This document shows positions 11,287 through 20,611 of a stretch of DNA of 64,000 bases, one piece after another. This DNA is from an uncultured Pseudomonadota bacterium (GTDB lineage Bacteria; Oederibacteriota; Muellerivitia; Muellerivitales; Muellerivitaceae): positions 64,001-128,000 of the forward strand of contig CAVYRH010000003.1 in NCBI GenBank assembly GCA_963770835.1. The letters are read 5' to 3'. The notes under the pieces are model-generated. The model was not told where the DNA came from. It was given only the letters and a program-made list of their open reading frames with translations, and searched no databases. Each line of letters starts with the position of its first letter. Positions within the stretch are counted from its first letter, which is position 1. The position numbers and the translations under genes are program-made.

Positions 11287-11825
11287 CCCATACCGCCCGT
11301 ACTGGCAGGCCAGCCGGAGAATGGCGGTCGTCAGGAGGTCCTCATCGGGCAGGATCTGAGGGATATATCGCTGGGTGCTCCGGGGTTGGCCGAGGGCCCG
11401 GCATACGCGCCGCTGGGAGGCTCGGTGGGTTTCACACGCTTCCCGAACCGCTTTTCGGCGCTTTTCCGGGCTTAGGAGTTTCCCCGGGCCAAGTCTTTCA
11501 GGATGCGGTTATCCAGGGAGAGGTCGGCCACCACCCGCTTGAGCTGGGTATTCTCTTTCTCCAATTCCTTTAGGCGTTTGGCCTGGTCCAGCTTGAGACC
11601 GCCGTATTCTTTTCGCCAGCGGTAGTAGGTATGTGGGGTTATTTGAAGCTCACGGCAGACTTCTTCAACAGCACGGCCTTTGGACTGCTCAACCTCGGCC
11701 TGGCGCAACATGGAAATGATCTGCTCGGCGTTGTGTTTCTTCCTTGGCATAAATGCCCCCTTTTTCTTGGCCCATTATAGAAAAGTATGACTTTTCAACT
11801 GGACCAGGTTGAGGGGGGCGGGTCA
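11287..11825 (-). mobile_element. truncated IS3-family (IS407-group-like) copy: left end, orfA (11472-11750) and start of orfB
   Basis: Near-identical to 24216-24753; cut at R5. Confidence 0.95.
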
Positions 11826-12376
11826 AAAGCATCAGAATTTTTAATCCTGACTATCACAAGGTAAGCAAAGGGGAAAAAGTCGGTTATGGAAGTATTACGG
11901 TCGAGCTAACACAGGCTGAAAAAACCAGGATTATTACTACACAGGTCTTTAAAATTTTAATGAAACTAGGAATATCATTAGATTCCAAAGCGAGAGTTTT
12001 AGTTGTTTTCGAGGAAGCTCATTCTTTAATTCCGGAGTGGAATTCCGTGGCTAGTGAAGGGGATAAAAACGCAACAAATGGAACCGCTAAAGTAATTTTA
12101 CAAGGCCGAAAATATGGACTTGGCAGCTTGGTCATCACTCAAAGAACAGCCAACGTTAGTAAAAGTATTTTGAATCAATGCAATACTATATTTGCTCTTA
12201 GAGTATTTGATGACACCGGAAAAAGTTTTCTTGAAAATTATATCGGTGAAGATTATTCGAATACCCTTCCCACCTTAGAAGAACGGCATGCAATAGCTAT
12301 AGGGAAAGGCCTAAAATTAAAGCAACCTGTAATTATTCAATTAAATGACAAGAAATATATAACTCTTACTTCTTGA
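11826..12376 (+). pseudogene. HerA/DUF87-like ATPase C-terminal fragment
   Basis: VVFEEAH Walker B, QGRKYG, ITQR, ILNQCNT; 5' part replaced by IS3. Confidence 0.8.
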
Positions 12377-12386
12377 GCGTACCTAA

Positions 12387-13145
12387 ATGTCCAAATACTA
12401 CACCGGGAAACGAACTCGAAACCTATTTGACCCCAAGAGCAAGGAGCCGTTCCGGCTTTCTCGGTCCAAGATCGATCTCTTTATCTCCTGCCCACGTTGC
12501 TTTTACCAGGACCGCCGCCTTGGGGTTGGCCAGCCTCCCGGGTATCCGTTTAGCCTCAATTCGGCAGTGGATACTCTTCTCAAAAAGGAATTCGACGACT
12601 ATCGGAAGAAAAAACAACCCCATCCTTTAATGACCGCCAACAAGATCGACGCGGTCCCTTTCCAACATGAGAAACTAGACGAGTGGCGGGATTCCCTCCG
12701 GCGGGGAGTTTCCTTCTACCACAAAGCCACCAAATTTATGGTTACGGGCGGAGTGGACGACGTTTGGGTTAAGCCCAATGGGGAACTGATAATCGCCGAT
12801 TACAAGGCCACTTCCAAGACCGGTGAGGTGGGCATCGAGGCAGATTGGCAGGATGGTTACAAGCGCCAGATGGAAGTCTATCAATGGCTTTTCCGGAAGA
12901 ACGGCTTCAAGGTGTCCTCCACCGGCTACTTCGTCTACTGCAACGGGAAAACCGATCGGCCGGCCTTTAATTCCAAGCTCGAATTTGATATCTCAGTCCT
13001 ACCTTATAAGGGGAACGACGATTGGGTCGAACCCACGTTGATTAAAGCGAGAAAATGCCTGGACTCTAAAAAGATCCCGAATGCGGATCCGGACTGCGAC
13101 TTCTGCAGGTATGTAGAGGCTATCAATAATGAAGTTGGAGATTGA
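12387..13145 (+). CDS. PD-(D/E)XK nuclease family protein (RecB/Cas4-like fold with Cys motifs)
   Basis: LSRSKI..CPRCFY, GGVDDVW..IIADYKAT, QMEVY, CDFC. Confidence 0.85.
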   Translation: MSKYYTGKRTRNLFDPKSKEPFRLSRSKIDLFISCPRCFYQDRRLGVGQPPGYPFSLNSAVDTLLKKEFDDYRKKKQPHPLMTANKIDAVPFQHEKLDEWRDSLRRGVSFYHKATKFMVTGGVDDVWVKPNGELIIADYKATSKTGEVGIEADWQDGYKRQMEVYQWLFRKNGFKVSSTGYFVYCNGKTDRPAFNSKLEFDISVLPYKGNDDWVEPTLIKARKCLDSKKIPNADPDCDFCRYVEAINNEVGD

Positions 13146-13147
13146 CC

Positions 13148-13351
13148 ATGGCAGACCCAAAGAAAATTGAAGAAGTTACTCGAAAAATTCAGGATGTTGC
13201 CAAAAAGTTAAAAGACCGCGAAGGGAATATCGATCGAATAGAGCGTCAAAAAGCGGACCAGGACCGTTATTACGATCGTCAAATACAAACTGAAAAGGAA
13301 GAAATAAAAAGGCTTGAGAGGGAAATTGACGGGTTAAAAAGACAGCTATAA
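13148..13351 (+). CDS. small coiled-coil protein
   Basis: Heptad-rich charged ORF with RBS. Confidence 0.6.
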   Translation: MADPKKIEEVTRKIQDVAKKLKDREGNIDRIERQKADQDRYYDRQIQTEKEEIKRLEREIDGLKRQL

Positions 13352-13380
13352 CCGAATAGGTATTTATCTTAGGGGGATAT

Positions 13381-13788
13381 ATGGGAAATGCCACACAGCA
13401 CGTTTGGGAGATCGTTGAAAAAGCCGTCGGCCACTCATGGAGCGTACCAGAATTCCAGAGAGGGTTTGTTTGGAAAACTGTACAGGTTCGCGACCTGGTT
13501 GAATCCCTATGGATGGATTACCCAATAGGGAGTGTCCTTCTTTGGGACACCAAGGGCAATATACAGGAACGGGTGGCCAGGGACGGGAAAGACCAAAAGC
13601 AGTGGGTTGTAGATGGCCAGCAACGAACTACGGCAATGTGCATCCTTTTTGGAAGGAAACCCTACTGGTGGCCATCTGCGGAGGAATGGGAAAAGACTTT
13701 AAAGAAATACGATATTCGTTTCGACATTAACGCCAAAGAGCCCCCTTATTTCTGGACAGCGGACGCATCCATCAAAAGGACTAAAGGA
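13381..13788 (+). pseudogene. DUF262 (GmrS/ParB-like) protein N-terminus truncated by R6
   Basis: PEFQRGFVW, YPIGSVLLW, VDGQQRTT motifs. Confidence 0.85.
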
Positions 13789-13825
13789 CCTGCACATGCC
13801 TGTCGCAAAAAGGATAGTGTGCAAC
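13789..13825 (+). repeat. 37-bp repeat R6
   Basis: Exact copy; joins DUF262 N-terminus in frame to an unrelated FecR-domain region. Confidence 0.97.
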
Positions 13826-13890
13826 AACGCGTCCACGGACATATCGCTTTGACCTCCAAAAATAAGAATGGTTTACAGAAGGCGGGCAGG

Positions 13891-14817
13891 GTGTTTCGTG
13901 GGGGATTCGGGGCTGGACTTTTGATCCTTTCTTCAGCCCTTCCAGCCCTTTCCCTGGGGGCGGGTCTTCCTGAATTAAGCCAAGTCCCTCTTGGCGGTGA
14001 TTCGAGAATCCTCGAGAAACTGCGGGACGATAGGAGCCAATTAGAGGCCAGGAAAGACAAGCTTAAGTCCGATATCGCGGTGAACAAGGCCAAATGCGGC
14101 AACGTTGAGGAAGGGTCGGGGCTGGAAAGGGAATGTCAAAAAGAGGACAAGCGGATCAAAGACCAGTTCGCGGCCCTGCTTGCGGACTATCAGGATTTCA
14201 ATAAAAGGGCCCGATCGGCGAAAAAGACGGTTGGTTCTGGTGCCTTAATGGAGGGATCGAAAAAATCGTCCACCGAACCTTACATTCCCCCGGGACCCTC
14301 CGGCCGGGTGGTCGAGAGTAAGGGGGATTTTTATTTCATCACCAAGGATGGCCGCAAGATCGAGGGGGCCCAGGCCGCCAATGTCCCCTTGGAAGCGGGG
14401 ACAAGATTGAGGACAGGCCCCAACGGCGGTTTGAAGCTGCTCCTTCCCGATGAGACCACTTTCACCATCGGGGCGGACAGCGACCTCGTCATGGACGAAT
14501 TTGTATATGACACAAGATCCACTCCGGGGATATTCGCGGCGCGGATCGCGAAAGGCGCCTTTCACTGGGTGACGGGAAAGATCGCCCATCGTACCGGGAA
14601 TAAAATGGAACTCAAATTCGGTGTGGATGCGGTCGGAATTCGTGGGACCGAGTTCGATCTTTGGGTGAACCAGGATCAGTCCGGCTATATCAAATTGTAT
14701 TCGGGGAAATTGGACATAACCGAGCGGACGGTCCCGAAGTTACTGTTAAAGGGCGGCCAAAGGGTGGATTTTGGGGTGGATGGACGTTTTGAAAAGCCGG
14801 TGGCGCTGGATCAGTAA
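13891..14817 (+). CDS. exported FecR-domain protein (start uncertain)
   Basis: Signal-like segment, coiled coil, LRTGPNG..D.T...GIRGTEF FecR motifs. Confidence 0.75.
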   Translation: MFRGGFGAGLLILSSALPALSLGAGLPELSQVPLGGDSRILEKLRDDRSQLEARKDKLKSDIAVNKAKCGNVEEGSGLERECQKEDKRIKDQFAALLADYQDFNKRARSAKKTVGSGALMEGSKKSSTEPYIPPGPSGRVVESKGDFYFITKDGRKIEGAQAANVPLEAGTRLRTGPNGGLKLLLPDETTFTIGADSDLVMDEFVYDTRSTPGIFAARIAKGAFHWVTGKIAHRTGNKMELKFGVDAVGIRGTEFDLWVNQDQSGYIKLYSGKLDITERTVPKLLLKGGQRVDFGVDGRFEKPVALDQ

Positions 14818-14846
14818 CACTAAAATTTTATTAAAGGGGTGGTGCG

Positions 14847-15827
14847 ATGAAACGAAATATCATTTTGGGATGGAGAACAGCATTCCTTTTACTGATGTTC
14901 GCCCCCATTCCTCCGGCCGGGGCCCAAAGCCTCAAAGCCCAGCTGACCGCTTTGGTCGCCCAGCTTCAAAGCTCGCCCCAGGATCAGGAACTCCGCAAGA
15001 AAATCATCCAAAAGGTGTTGACCTTTTCCAAACAACCGGCGGCCCCGGAGGACCTGGTGGAGTTGATGGGAAAAGCCAAAGCCATCATGAAAGACGCGAA
15101 AAGTCCCGAGGATTACAAAGAGGCGGTCAAGGTTTTTCAACAAGCGTCGCTCCTAGCCCCCTGGCTCGGGGATCTCTATTACAACCTGGGGGTTGTGCAG
15201 GAGAAAGCCGAAGAACCCGAGGACGCCGTCACCAGTTTTAATTATTATCTTTTAGCCAAACCACACGCCAAGGACCGCGAAAGCGTCAAGGAACGGATCG
15301 GGGCCTTGGAATACAAGGCTGAAAAATCCGTAAAACTGAAGCAGGTGAAAGGGCTGATCGAACAACTCCGGGGCCCTTGGTATTGCAGCTTTTGCGGGGA
15401 GCCCGGAGATGATTTCGCCGCCTCCATCAAGCTGGGCTGTACGGCCGCGGAGTTTGACGGGTCCTATTGGGTTGGCGGGGCGCCGTCCGGGCAGACAGCG
15501 CCCGCGCTTCAAATGGAGATCGAAAATGACGGAACCGTGAAATTGATCGGCCAGGTTTGGAACGCCCAAGCCGGGTGTTATGAGGGGCCGGTCTTTGGTG
15601 TTCCCCAGGGAGATTCGTTCAGCTCCATCCGCTGGGAAATCAGGCCGGCCACCGGAGCGCCGCGCCAAATATGGAGCCGGATGAGTCAAGACGGAAATAC
15701 CCTCTGGATCAGTTGTACCCGACCCCTGTCCGGTGGGGACGATACCATTCATTACTCCTACGCATGTTGGTCGAGAACCGCCCCCGTCAGTGACCATCCT
15801 TCAACCCGTCCCCACGGATTTTTTTAA
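14847..15827 (+). CDS. exported TPR protein
   Basis: Signal peptide; APWLGDLYYNLG TPR. Confidence 0.75.
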   Translation: MKRNIILGWRTAFLLLMFAPIPPAGAQSLKAQLTALVAQLQSSPQDQELRKKIIQKVLTFSKQPAAPEDLVELMGKAKAIMKDAKSPEDYKEAVKVFQQASLLAPWLGDLYYNLGVVQEKAEEPEDAVTSFNYYLLAKPHAKDRESVKERIGALEYKAEKSVKLKQVKGLIEQLRGPWYCSFCGEPGDDFAASIKLGCTAAEFDGSYWVGGAPSGQTAPALQMEIENDGTVKLIGQVWNAQAGCYEGPVFGVPQGDSFSSIRWEIRPATGAPRQIWSRMSQDGNTLWISCTRPLSGGDDTIHYSYACWSRTAPVSDHPSTRPHGFF

Positions 15828-15888
15828 GCGGTGGGTTCTTTTAGGTCCGGCGGTTGATCCGGGTTGAAGAAACCTTGAATATCTTACT

Positions 15889-16458
15889 TCACGCTACCAG
15901 CATCAGTAGATCGACGAGGACTAGGCCGACGATCGCGATGCCCGCTAGGCCGTTCAAGAGTCCCGAAACCCAGCCGAGTAATTGGGCCCAAAGGCCGGCG
16001 AGAATCCCCGCCGCGTAACCCGGCAGAATCCCCAGCACTCCGGTGGCAAAGACCAGCAGGCGGGGTTGATGGTTGGCCGAGGCGAGAAAAAGCCCTCCGC
16101 TGAAGCCCAGAAAAACCAAAAAGAAAAAGATACAGATGTGAAAGTCCCCATAGTTGGGTTTGAGACCATTTTGACCGGCGATACTATTCACCAAAATAAA
16201 CAGTATCCCGATGAAACCTAATATCGCCAGTGGCCACCCGATAATGGCATTCGGCCCCAAGGCCATGGGCAAACCCAAGGCTACCAGCGCCATACTTGCG
16301 GCGACCATGGCGGTCAGTCCCATGTTGTGGTTGAAGGAGGTGCCCTGGGGTTCGTTTTTCTTCGGGGAAAGCCGGGACCAGAGCAGCCCGGGAAAGAATA
16401 CGGCATGGAATTCCCAACTCAGGATACTCGGCGGAATAATGGGATTGGTGTTGCTCAT
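15889..16458 (-). CDS. membrane hypothetical protein
   Basis: Multiple Gly-rich TM helices; GAGGAG RBS. Confidence 0.7.
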   Translation of the reverse strand: MSNTNPIIPPSILSWEFHAVFFPGLLWSRLSPKKNEPQGTSFNHNMGLTAMVAASMALVALGLPMALGPNAIIGWPLAILGFIGILFILVNSIAGQNGLKPNYGDFHICIFFFLVFLGFSGGLFLASANHQPRLLVFATGVLGILPGYAAGILAGLWAQLLGWVSGLLNGLAGIAIVGLVLVDLLMLVA

Positions 16459-16555
16459 TCTGGGCTCCTCTCAACGATGATAGGTGTTTTCAAGGGCATT
16501 TGGGCTGATTAATTTCTTTTCCAGTCCCACGTCCATTAAAAGGCTCTGGTAAACT

Positions 16556-16583
16556 TGTCCGCGACGGGGATCCGTCGTGGACA
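16556..16583 (+). repeat. 28-bp cassette site S1 TGTCCGCGACG-GGGATC-CGTCGTGGACA
   Basis: 11-6-11 palindrome. Confidence 0.92.
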
Positions 16584-16686
16584 GAGCGAAAGCATAAAAT
16601 GAATTTGGGCATCGAATGATCGAATGTTGTCCAATCTCTGAGACGCTCGCACTTCGGCGAGCGGATCGGGCAGGGGACAGCTGAGT

Positions 16687-17484
16687 GTGGAAAAAGGTTA
16701 TGATTTGAAAAAAATATTGAAAATATTCATCTTGGGGTGGATAGGGTTAAATCCAGCAAAAGGGATTGCCCTGAGCGCTCAAGAAGTCCCGGTTCTCCGT
16801 TCATTCGGAAATGCCATTACGTTAACAGGCTTGGTGTTAAAAGAGAATAATGATTGGATTTTCAAATTAGACAAACCGGCGCTTGTCCCATGGCCAAGTA
16901 TTTTTCGGCGGGCACAGAATGCCAAGTTGAGGATCGAACGGACGAATTTAAAGTCGGACGTGTATGAAATAAATGATAAATGGTTGAATCAACATTTAGC
17001 CTTCAAATGCCAATTAAGCATCGAGCGAACGGCTACCGCGGTATCGGGGGTGGTCTGTGATCTGAAGGAATTGGTTGGAGAATCTTCCTTAAAAAAGATG
17101 TTCGCGGGCCTGACCACATATCCATTTAATGAAACTATTACCCTATCGGGAGTTTTGTCCTCTAAAACATTTTCCTCTTGGCGTCCAACCAATGGCCCTG
17201 CTACCGCCGCCCACGAAGAAAAAGTGAGGGTTCTCTATCTCGACGAACCCATCAATGTGGCTGCGAAAGAACCCCATGGACCAGCTTATGGAGTAACAAA
17301 GGTTCAATTTGATTCATCGATCTATTTCCCGACGGATAGATTTATGGACAAACATGTTTGGGTATCCGGGAAGTTATCTACCGCCGATGAGTGGTCCCAA
17401 TTCTTGCCTGTTTTGCTCGATGTAAAAGATCAAAATGAAATTTCGTTAACGAAGAAGGCTAAAAATTGGTGGTGGCCTTTTTGA
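16687..17484 (+). CDS. cassette: exported hypothetical protein with duplicated OB-like domain
   Basis: Signal peptide; two ITL(T/S)G...L.LD.P repeats; stop 2 bp before S2. Confidence 0.7.
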   Translation: MEKGYDLKKILKIFILGWIGLNPAKGIALSAQEVPVLRSFGNAITLTGLVLKENNDWIFKLDKPALVPWPSIFRRAQNAKLRIERTNLKSDVYEINDKWLNQHLAFKCQLSIERTATAVSGVVCDLKELVGESSLKKMFAGLTTYPFNETITLSGVLSSKTFSSWRPTNGPATAAHEEKVRVLYLDEPINVAAKEPHGPAYGVTKVQFDSSIYFPTDRFMDKHVWVSGKLSTADEWSQFLPVLLDVKDQNEISLTKKAKNWWWPF

Positions 17485-17486
17485 AT

Positions 17487-17514
17487 CGTCCGCGACGGGG
17501 GCCCGGATTGGACA
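17487..17514 (+). repeat. 28-bp site S2 CGTCCGCGACG-GGGGCC-CGGATTGGACA
   Basis: Degenerate copy. Confidence 0.85.
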
Positions 17515-17560
17515 ATGAAAATTGCGCCGGAAATTGCCCAGTGGGGAAAGGTTGGTTTCA

Positions 17561-17845
17561 ATGACCTATAAGGTAATGGTCGATGATAATTACGACTATA
17601 TGGACCCTGAAAAACGGTATACCCATGGCGAGTTCGAGGCATTGGAAGCGGCCATCGAAGCTTGCAAGAGGATCGTCAACGAGTGGCTGGAGTCCAGTTA
17701 TAAGGCCGGAATGAGCGCCGAGGAACTTTGCAAAAGCTACAAGGGTTTTGGATTGGACCCATGGGTTTTGGGTGCCGAAAAAAAAGTCTTTTCCGCGTGG
17801 GAATATGCCGAACAGCGTTGCGCTGAGATCTGCTCAAAAGGATGA
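17561..17845 (+). CDS. cassette: small hypothetical protein
   Basis: Single ORF between S2 and S3. Confidence 0.7.
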   Translation: MTYKVMVDDNYDYMDPEKRYTHGEFEALEAAIEACKRIVNEWLESSYKAGMSAEELCKSYKGFGLDPWVLGAEKKVFSAWEYAEQRCAEICSKG

Positions 17846-17892
17846 CTCCAAGAAGTGCCTGCCTCAAACAAAACATTTTGTTATGGATGGAT

Positions 17893-17920
17893 TGTCCACG
17901 ACGGGGACCCATCGTGGACA
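17893..17920 (+). repeat. 28-bp site S3 TGTCCACGACG-GGGACC-CATCGTGGACA
   Basis: Consensus copy; IS110 begins at next base. Confidence 0.95.
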
Positions 17921-17994
17921 GGTAACATGATGGCCATTCCACCGCCGGGATTAAACTATTCCCGGTGAGTAGCCACTCATAAGGAGGAATGACC

Positions 17995-19065
17995 ATGAAA
18001 CAGATTAGCAAAAAAGGATTCCAAGGCAAGGAGGTATCCAAGCGGGACGCCGTGTTTGTGGGGCTCGATGTCCACAAACGAAGTATTTACGTAGCAATCA
18101 GGATCAATGGAAAGGAAACCGGAACCAAGTCTGTGCCCGCGGATTGGGAAGCTGTGGTGAAGGTTCTGGAGCCTTACCGAAAAGGGTTAAAAAAGGTCGT
18201 CTACGAGGCAGGACCTACTGGCTTTGGCTTGGCACGTCGCCTTCGGGAAGTGGGATACCCATTGGACGTCATCGCCCCGAACAAAACACCTCGTGTAGCT
18301 CAGTTGGAAACAAAATCCGACCGGTTGGACTGCCGCAAGCTGGCGGAGTACGCCGAAAAGGATCTCTTGCGGGCTGTGGCGATCCCAACCCTCCAGGAAG
18401 AAGCGGATCGGCAAGTGGTGCGTTTGAGAAACGCGATGGTGGAACAAAAACGCAAGGCCAAACAAAGGATCAAAAGCTTTTTCCTCCAATATGGATTCAA
18501 GGAACCTAGAGGGCTGGATTACTGGACCCACGAGGCCATCGGAGTTTTGCGGGATATGGAACTGCCGCCGGCCCTGAGATTCACGTTGGATAGCCTATTG
18601 GAAGATCTCTTTTACTTTGATAGGCAGCTTAAAGACGTGAACATACGTTTGCGGGTCATGATGAAGGACAAGGCCTACGAGAAAAAGGCTAAGATCCTCA
18701 GGTCCCACCCGGGAGTGGGTGAAGTAACGACCCTGCAAATGTTAACGGAGATTTACCAGCCGGAGCGCTTTCAAAACGCCAAACAGGTGGCGGCTTACGT
18801 GGGGTTGGCCCCAAGGATCAGGCAAAGCGGAGAAACTCGAAAGGAAGGCCATTTGCAGAAGGCCGGAAAAGGAACCTTGAGGGCTACCTTAGTTGAAGCT
18901 GCCTGGTCATGGATTCAAAAGGATACCCAGGCCAACCGCGTTTTCCGCCGGTTCGTCCGTAATACGGGGCATGTCAACAAAGCGATTGTGGCAATGGCTC
19001 ACAAGCTTTTGATTCACCTTTGGACTATGTTGGTTCGAAAGGAAGTTTATCGGCCCATGCTCTAA
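17995..19065 (+). CDS. IS110 DEDD recombinase/transposase
   Basis: VGLDVHK, YEAG, KSDRLD, GLAP..RQSG motifs. Confidence 0.95.
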   Translation: MKQISKKGFQGKEVSKRDAVFVGLDVHKRSIYVAIRINGKETGTKSVPADWEAVVKVLEPYRKGLKKVVYEAGPTGFGLARRLREVGYPLDVIAPNKTPRVAQLETKSDRLDCRKLAEYAEKDLLRAVAIPTLQEEADRQVVRLRNAMVEQKRKAKQRIKSFFLQYGFKEPRGLDYWTHEAIGVLRDMELPPALRFTLDSLLEDLFYFDRQLKDVNIRLRVMMKDKAYEKKAKILRSHPGVGEVTTLQMLTEIYQPERFQNAKQVAAYVGLAPRIRQSGETRKEGHLQKAGKGTLRATLVEAAWSWIQKDTQANRVFRRFVRNTGHVNKAIVAMAHKLLIHLWTMLVRKEVYRPML

Positions 19066-19069
19066 AGAG

Positions 19070-19235
19070 GTTTCAGCCTCAGTTTCGTGATTCGACCCCT
19101 TAGGAATGACCACGAGTTTTAGCTGTGCCTTAGGCACGTTGGACAGGTGGTGGCTTCCCTCAGGATTATCGAATTCTTATCTTGTGCCTCGAGCACGAAT
19201 AGCAGCGTGAATCCACGAAACCAAAAGGCTGACCG
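19070..19235 (+). ncRNA. putative bridge/seek RNA of the IS1111 element
   Basis: Two parallel loops with GTGCC..GCAC hairpins followed by TTGGACAG (target-like) and ATAGCAG (IS-end-like). Confidence 0.65.
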
Positions 19236-19312
19236 TAGGAGAAAATTGGACTTGAGGAATGGCCTCATAGCAGGAATGGCCTCATAGCAGCTATATTTGA
19301 TTGGAAGACTCA

Positions 19313-19885
19313 ATGGACAAATTGATTGTAAGAAACATTAACTCTATTGCGGAATTGAAGCGTGCTTGGTCATTGAGCAAAAGATACGCTGGCAATCAAC
19401 AGAGTTTTAGCGAATACAAAGCTGAATTCAAAAAATATCCTGAATTGTTCATTGGATGTTTTAACGGCGGGAAATTAATAGGCGAGGCAAGCGGGAGTCC
19501 CTTTGGGAAATCCCATGTCGGCCTTTACAGCATTTTGGTGGAAGAGGGATACCAAAAAGAAGGGCTTGGCCTAAAGCTCATTCGATTTTTCGAGAAAAAA
19601 GCCGTTAAATATAAATCGCGAGTAACGGTTGCTTCAGGCAAAAAAACGGATGGATTCTATTTGAAGGCGAAATATAGGCCCTTTGAAATTCTCTTTCAGG
19701 TTAGGAATCAAAACCTGCCTGATAACTATTCCGAGTTGGCGGTTATAAGCCACGAACGCAATGTTGGAAAAGACAAATTCTTGTACATTAAAGTAAAAAA
19801 ATATATCCCTCTACTCAGGGATTCTCTTGAAAAGAAATTCCACGCACATGGCGCAAATTTTATTTTTGAACGTGTTTTGAAATGA
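19313..19885 (+). CDS. cassette: GNAT family N-acetyltransferase
   Basis: V.EGYQKEGLGLKL acetyl-CoA motif; FYLK. Confidence 0.85.
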   Translation: MDKLIVRNINSIAELKRAWSLSKRYAGNQQSFSEYKAEFKKYPELFIGCFNGGKLIGEASGSPFGKSHVGLYSILVEEGYQKEGLGLKLIRFFEKKAVKYKSRVTVASGKKTDGFYLKAKYRPFEILFQVRNQNLPDNYSELAVISHERNVGKDKFLYIKVKKYIPLLRDSLEKKFHAHGANFIFERVLK

Positions 19886-19903
19886 CTGATTTTGGTTGAA
19901 GTC

Positions 19904-19931
19904 TGTCCACGACGGGGACCCATCGTGGACA
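19904..19931 (+). repeat. 28-bp site S4
   Basis: TGTCCACGACG-GGGACC-CATCGTGGACA. Confidence 0.95.
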
Positions 19932-19981
19932 CGAAAGAAGCTCTGGTTTTTTTATCAAATGAATTTGGAAATGGTGTTGAA

Positions 19982-20581
19982 ATGAAAGTTGAAACCGAAA
20001 ATCTTGATGAATATCTTGTGTCGGACGAGGTCATCGACTGGCATCACCCGGACATCCAACGGATGGCTAAGGGACTGGTCGGGAATTGTCCCGATCAACT
20101 ATCCAAAATACGAGTGCTCTTTGAATGGGTGAGGGATGAGATCCCCCATACCAAAGACATTGATGAAAGGGTTGTGACATGCAAAGCGAGTGATGTCCTT
20201 CGGCACAGGACCGGGATGTGTTACGCCAAAAGTCATTTACTTGCCGCTCTATTAAGGGCGAATGGTATTCCCGCAGGATTTTGTTACCAGGTACTCGTTC
20301 GTGACGAGCCTTATACCGGGTTGGTATTGCATGGTTTGAATGGGGTCTATCTTGAGGACGTAAAAAGATGGGTCAGGGTGGATTCCAGGGGGAATGTTGG
20401 GAACATCAACGCCCAGTTCGATCCAAACAAAGAACGACTGGCATTTCAAATGGACCCGGCTTTGGGCGAGTTCATCTATGACACCATTTTTAAGGCACCG
20501 GTTCCTGAGGTGACGGAGACATTAAGAAAGTTCACTGACTTGCAGGAGATGTGGCCGCATTTACCAAAAAAACTGGGATAA
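19982..20581 (+). CDS. cassette: transglutaminase-like protein
   Basis: GMCYAKSHLLAALLRA, LHGLN, WVRVD catalytic triad; stop 2 bp before S5. Confidence 0.9.
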   Translation: MKVETENLDEYLVSDEVIDWHHPDIQRMAKGLVGNCPDQLSKIRVLFEWVRDEIPHTKDIDERVVTCKASDVLRHRTGMCYAKSHLLAALLRANGIPAGFCYQVLVRDEPYTGLVLHGLNGVYLEDVKRWVRVDSRGNVGNINAQFDPNKERLAFQMDPALGEFIYDTIFKAPVPEVTETLRKFTDLQEMWPHLPKKLG

Positions 20582-20583
20582 CC

Positions 20584-20611
20584 TGTCCACGACGGGGCCC
20601 ATCGTGGACAT
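20584..20611 (+). repeat. 28-bp site S5
   Basis: TGTCCACGACG-GGGCCC-CATCGTGGACA. Confidence 0.95.

Larger units (their letters stand above)
17921..19290 (+). mobile_element. IS110 family, IS1111-type element
   Basis: Subterminal IRs ATGATGGCCATTCC / GGAATGGCCTCAT; long 3' non-coding end; no TSD. Confidence 0.9.

Noticed and set aside
16629..16637. TGTCCAATC, resembling an inverted variant arm
   Set aside because: Only 9 bp with no partner arm at the right spacing.
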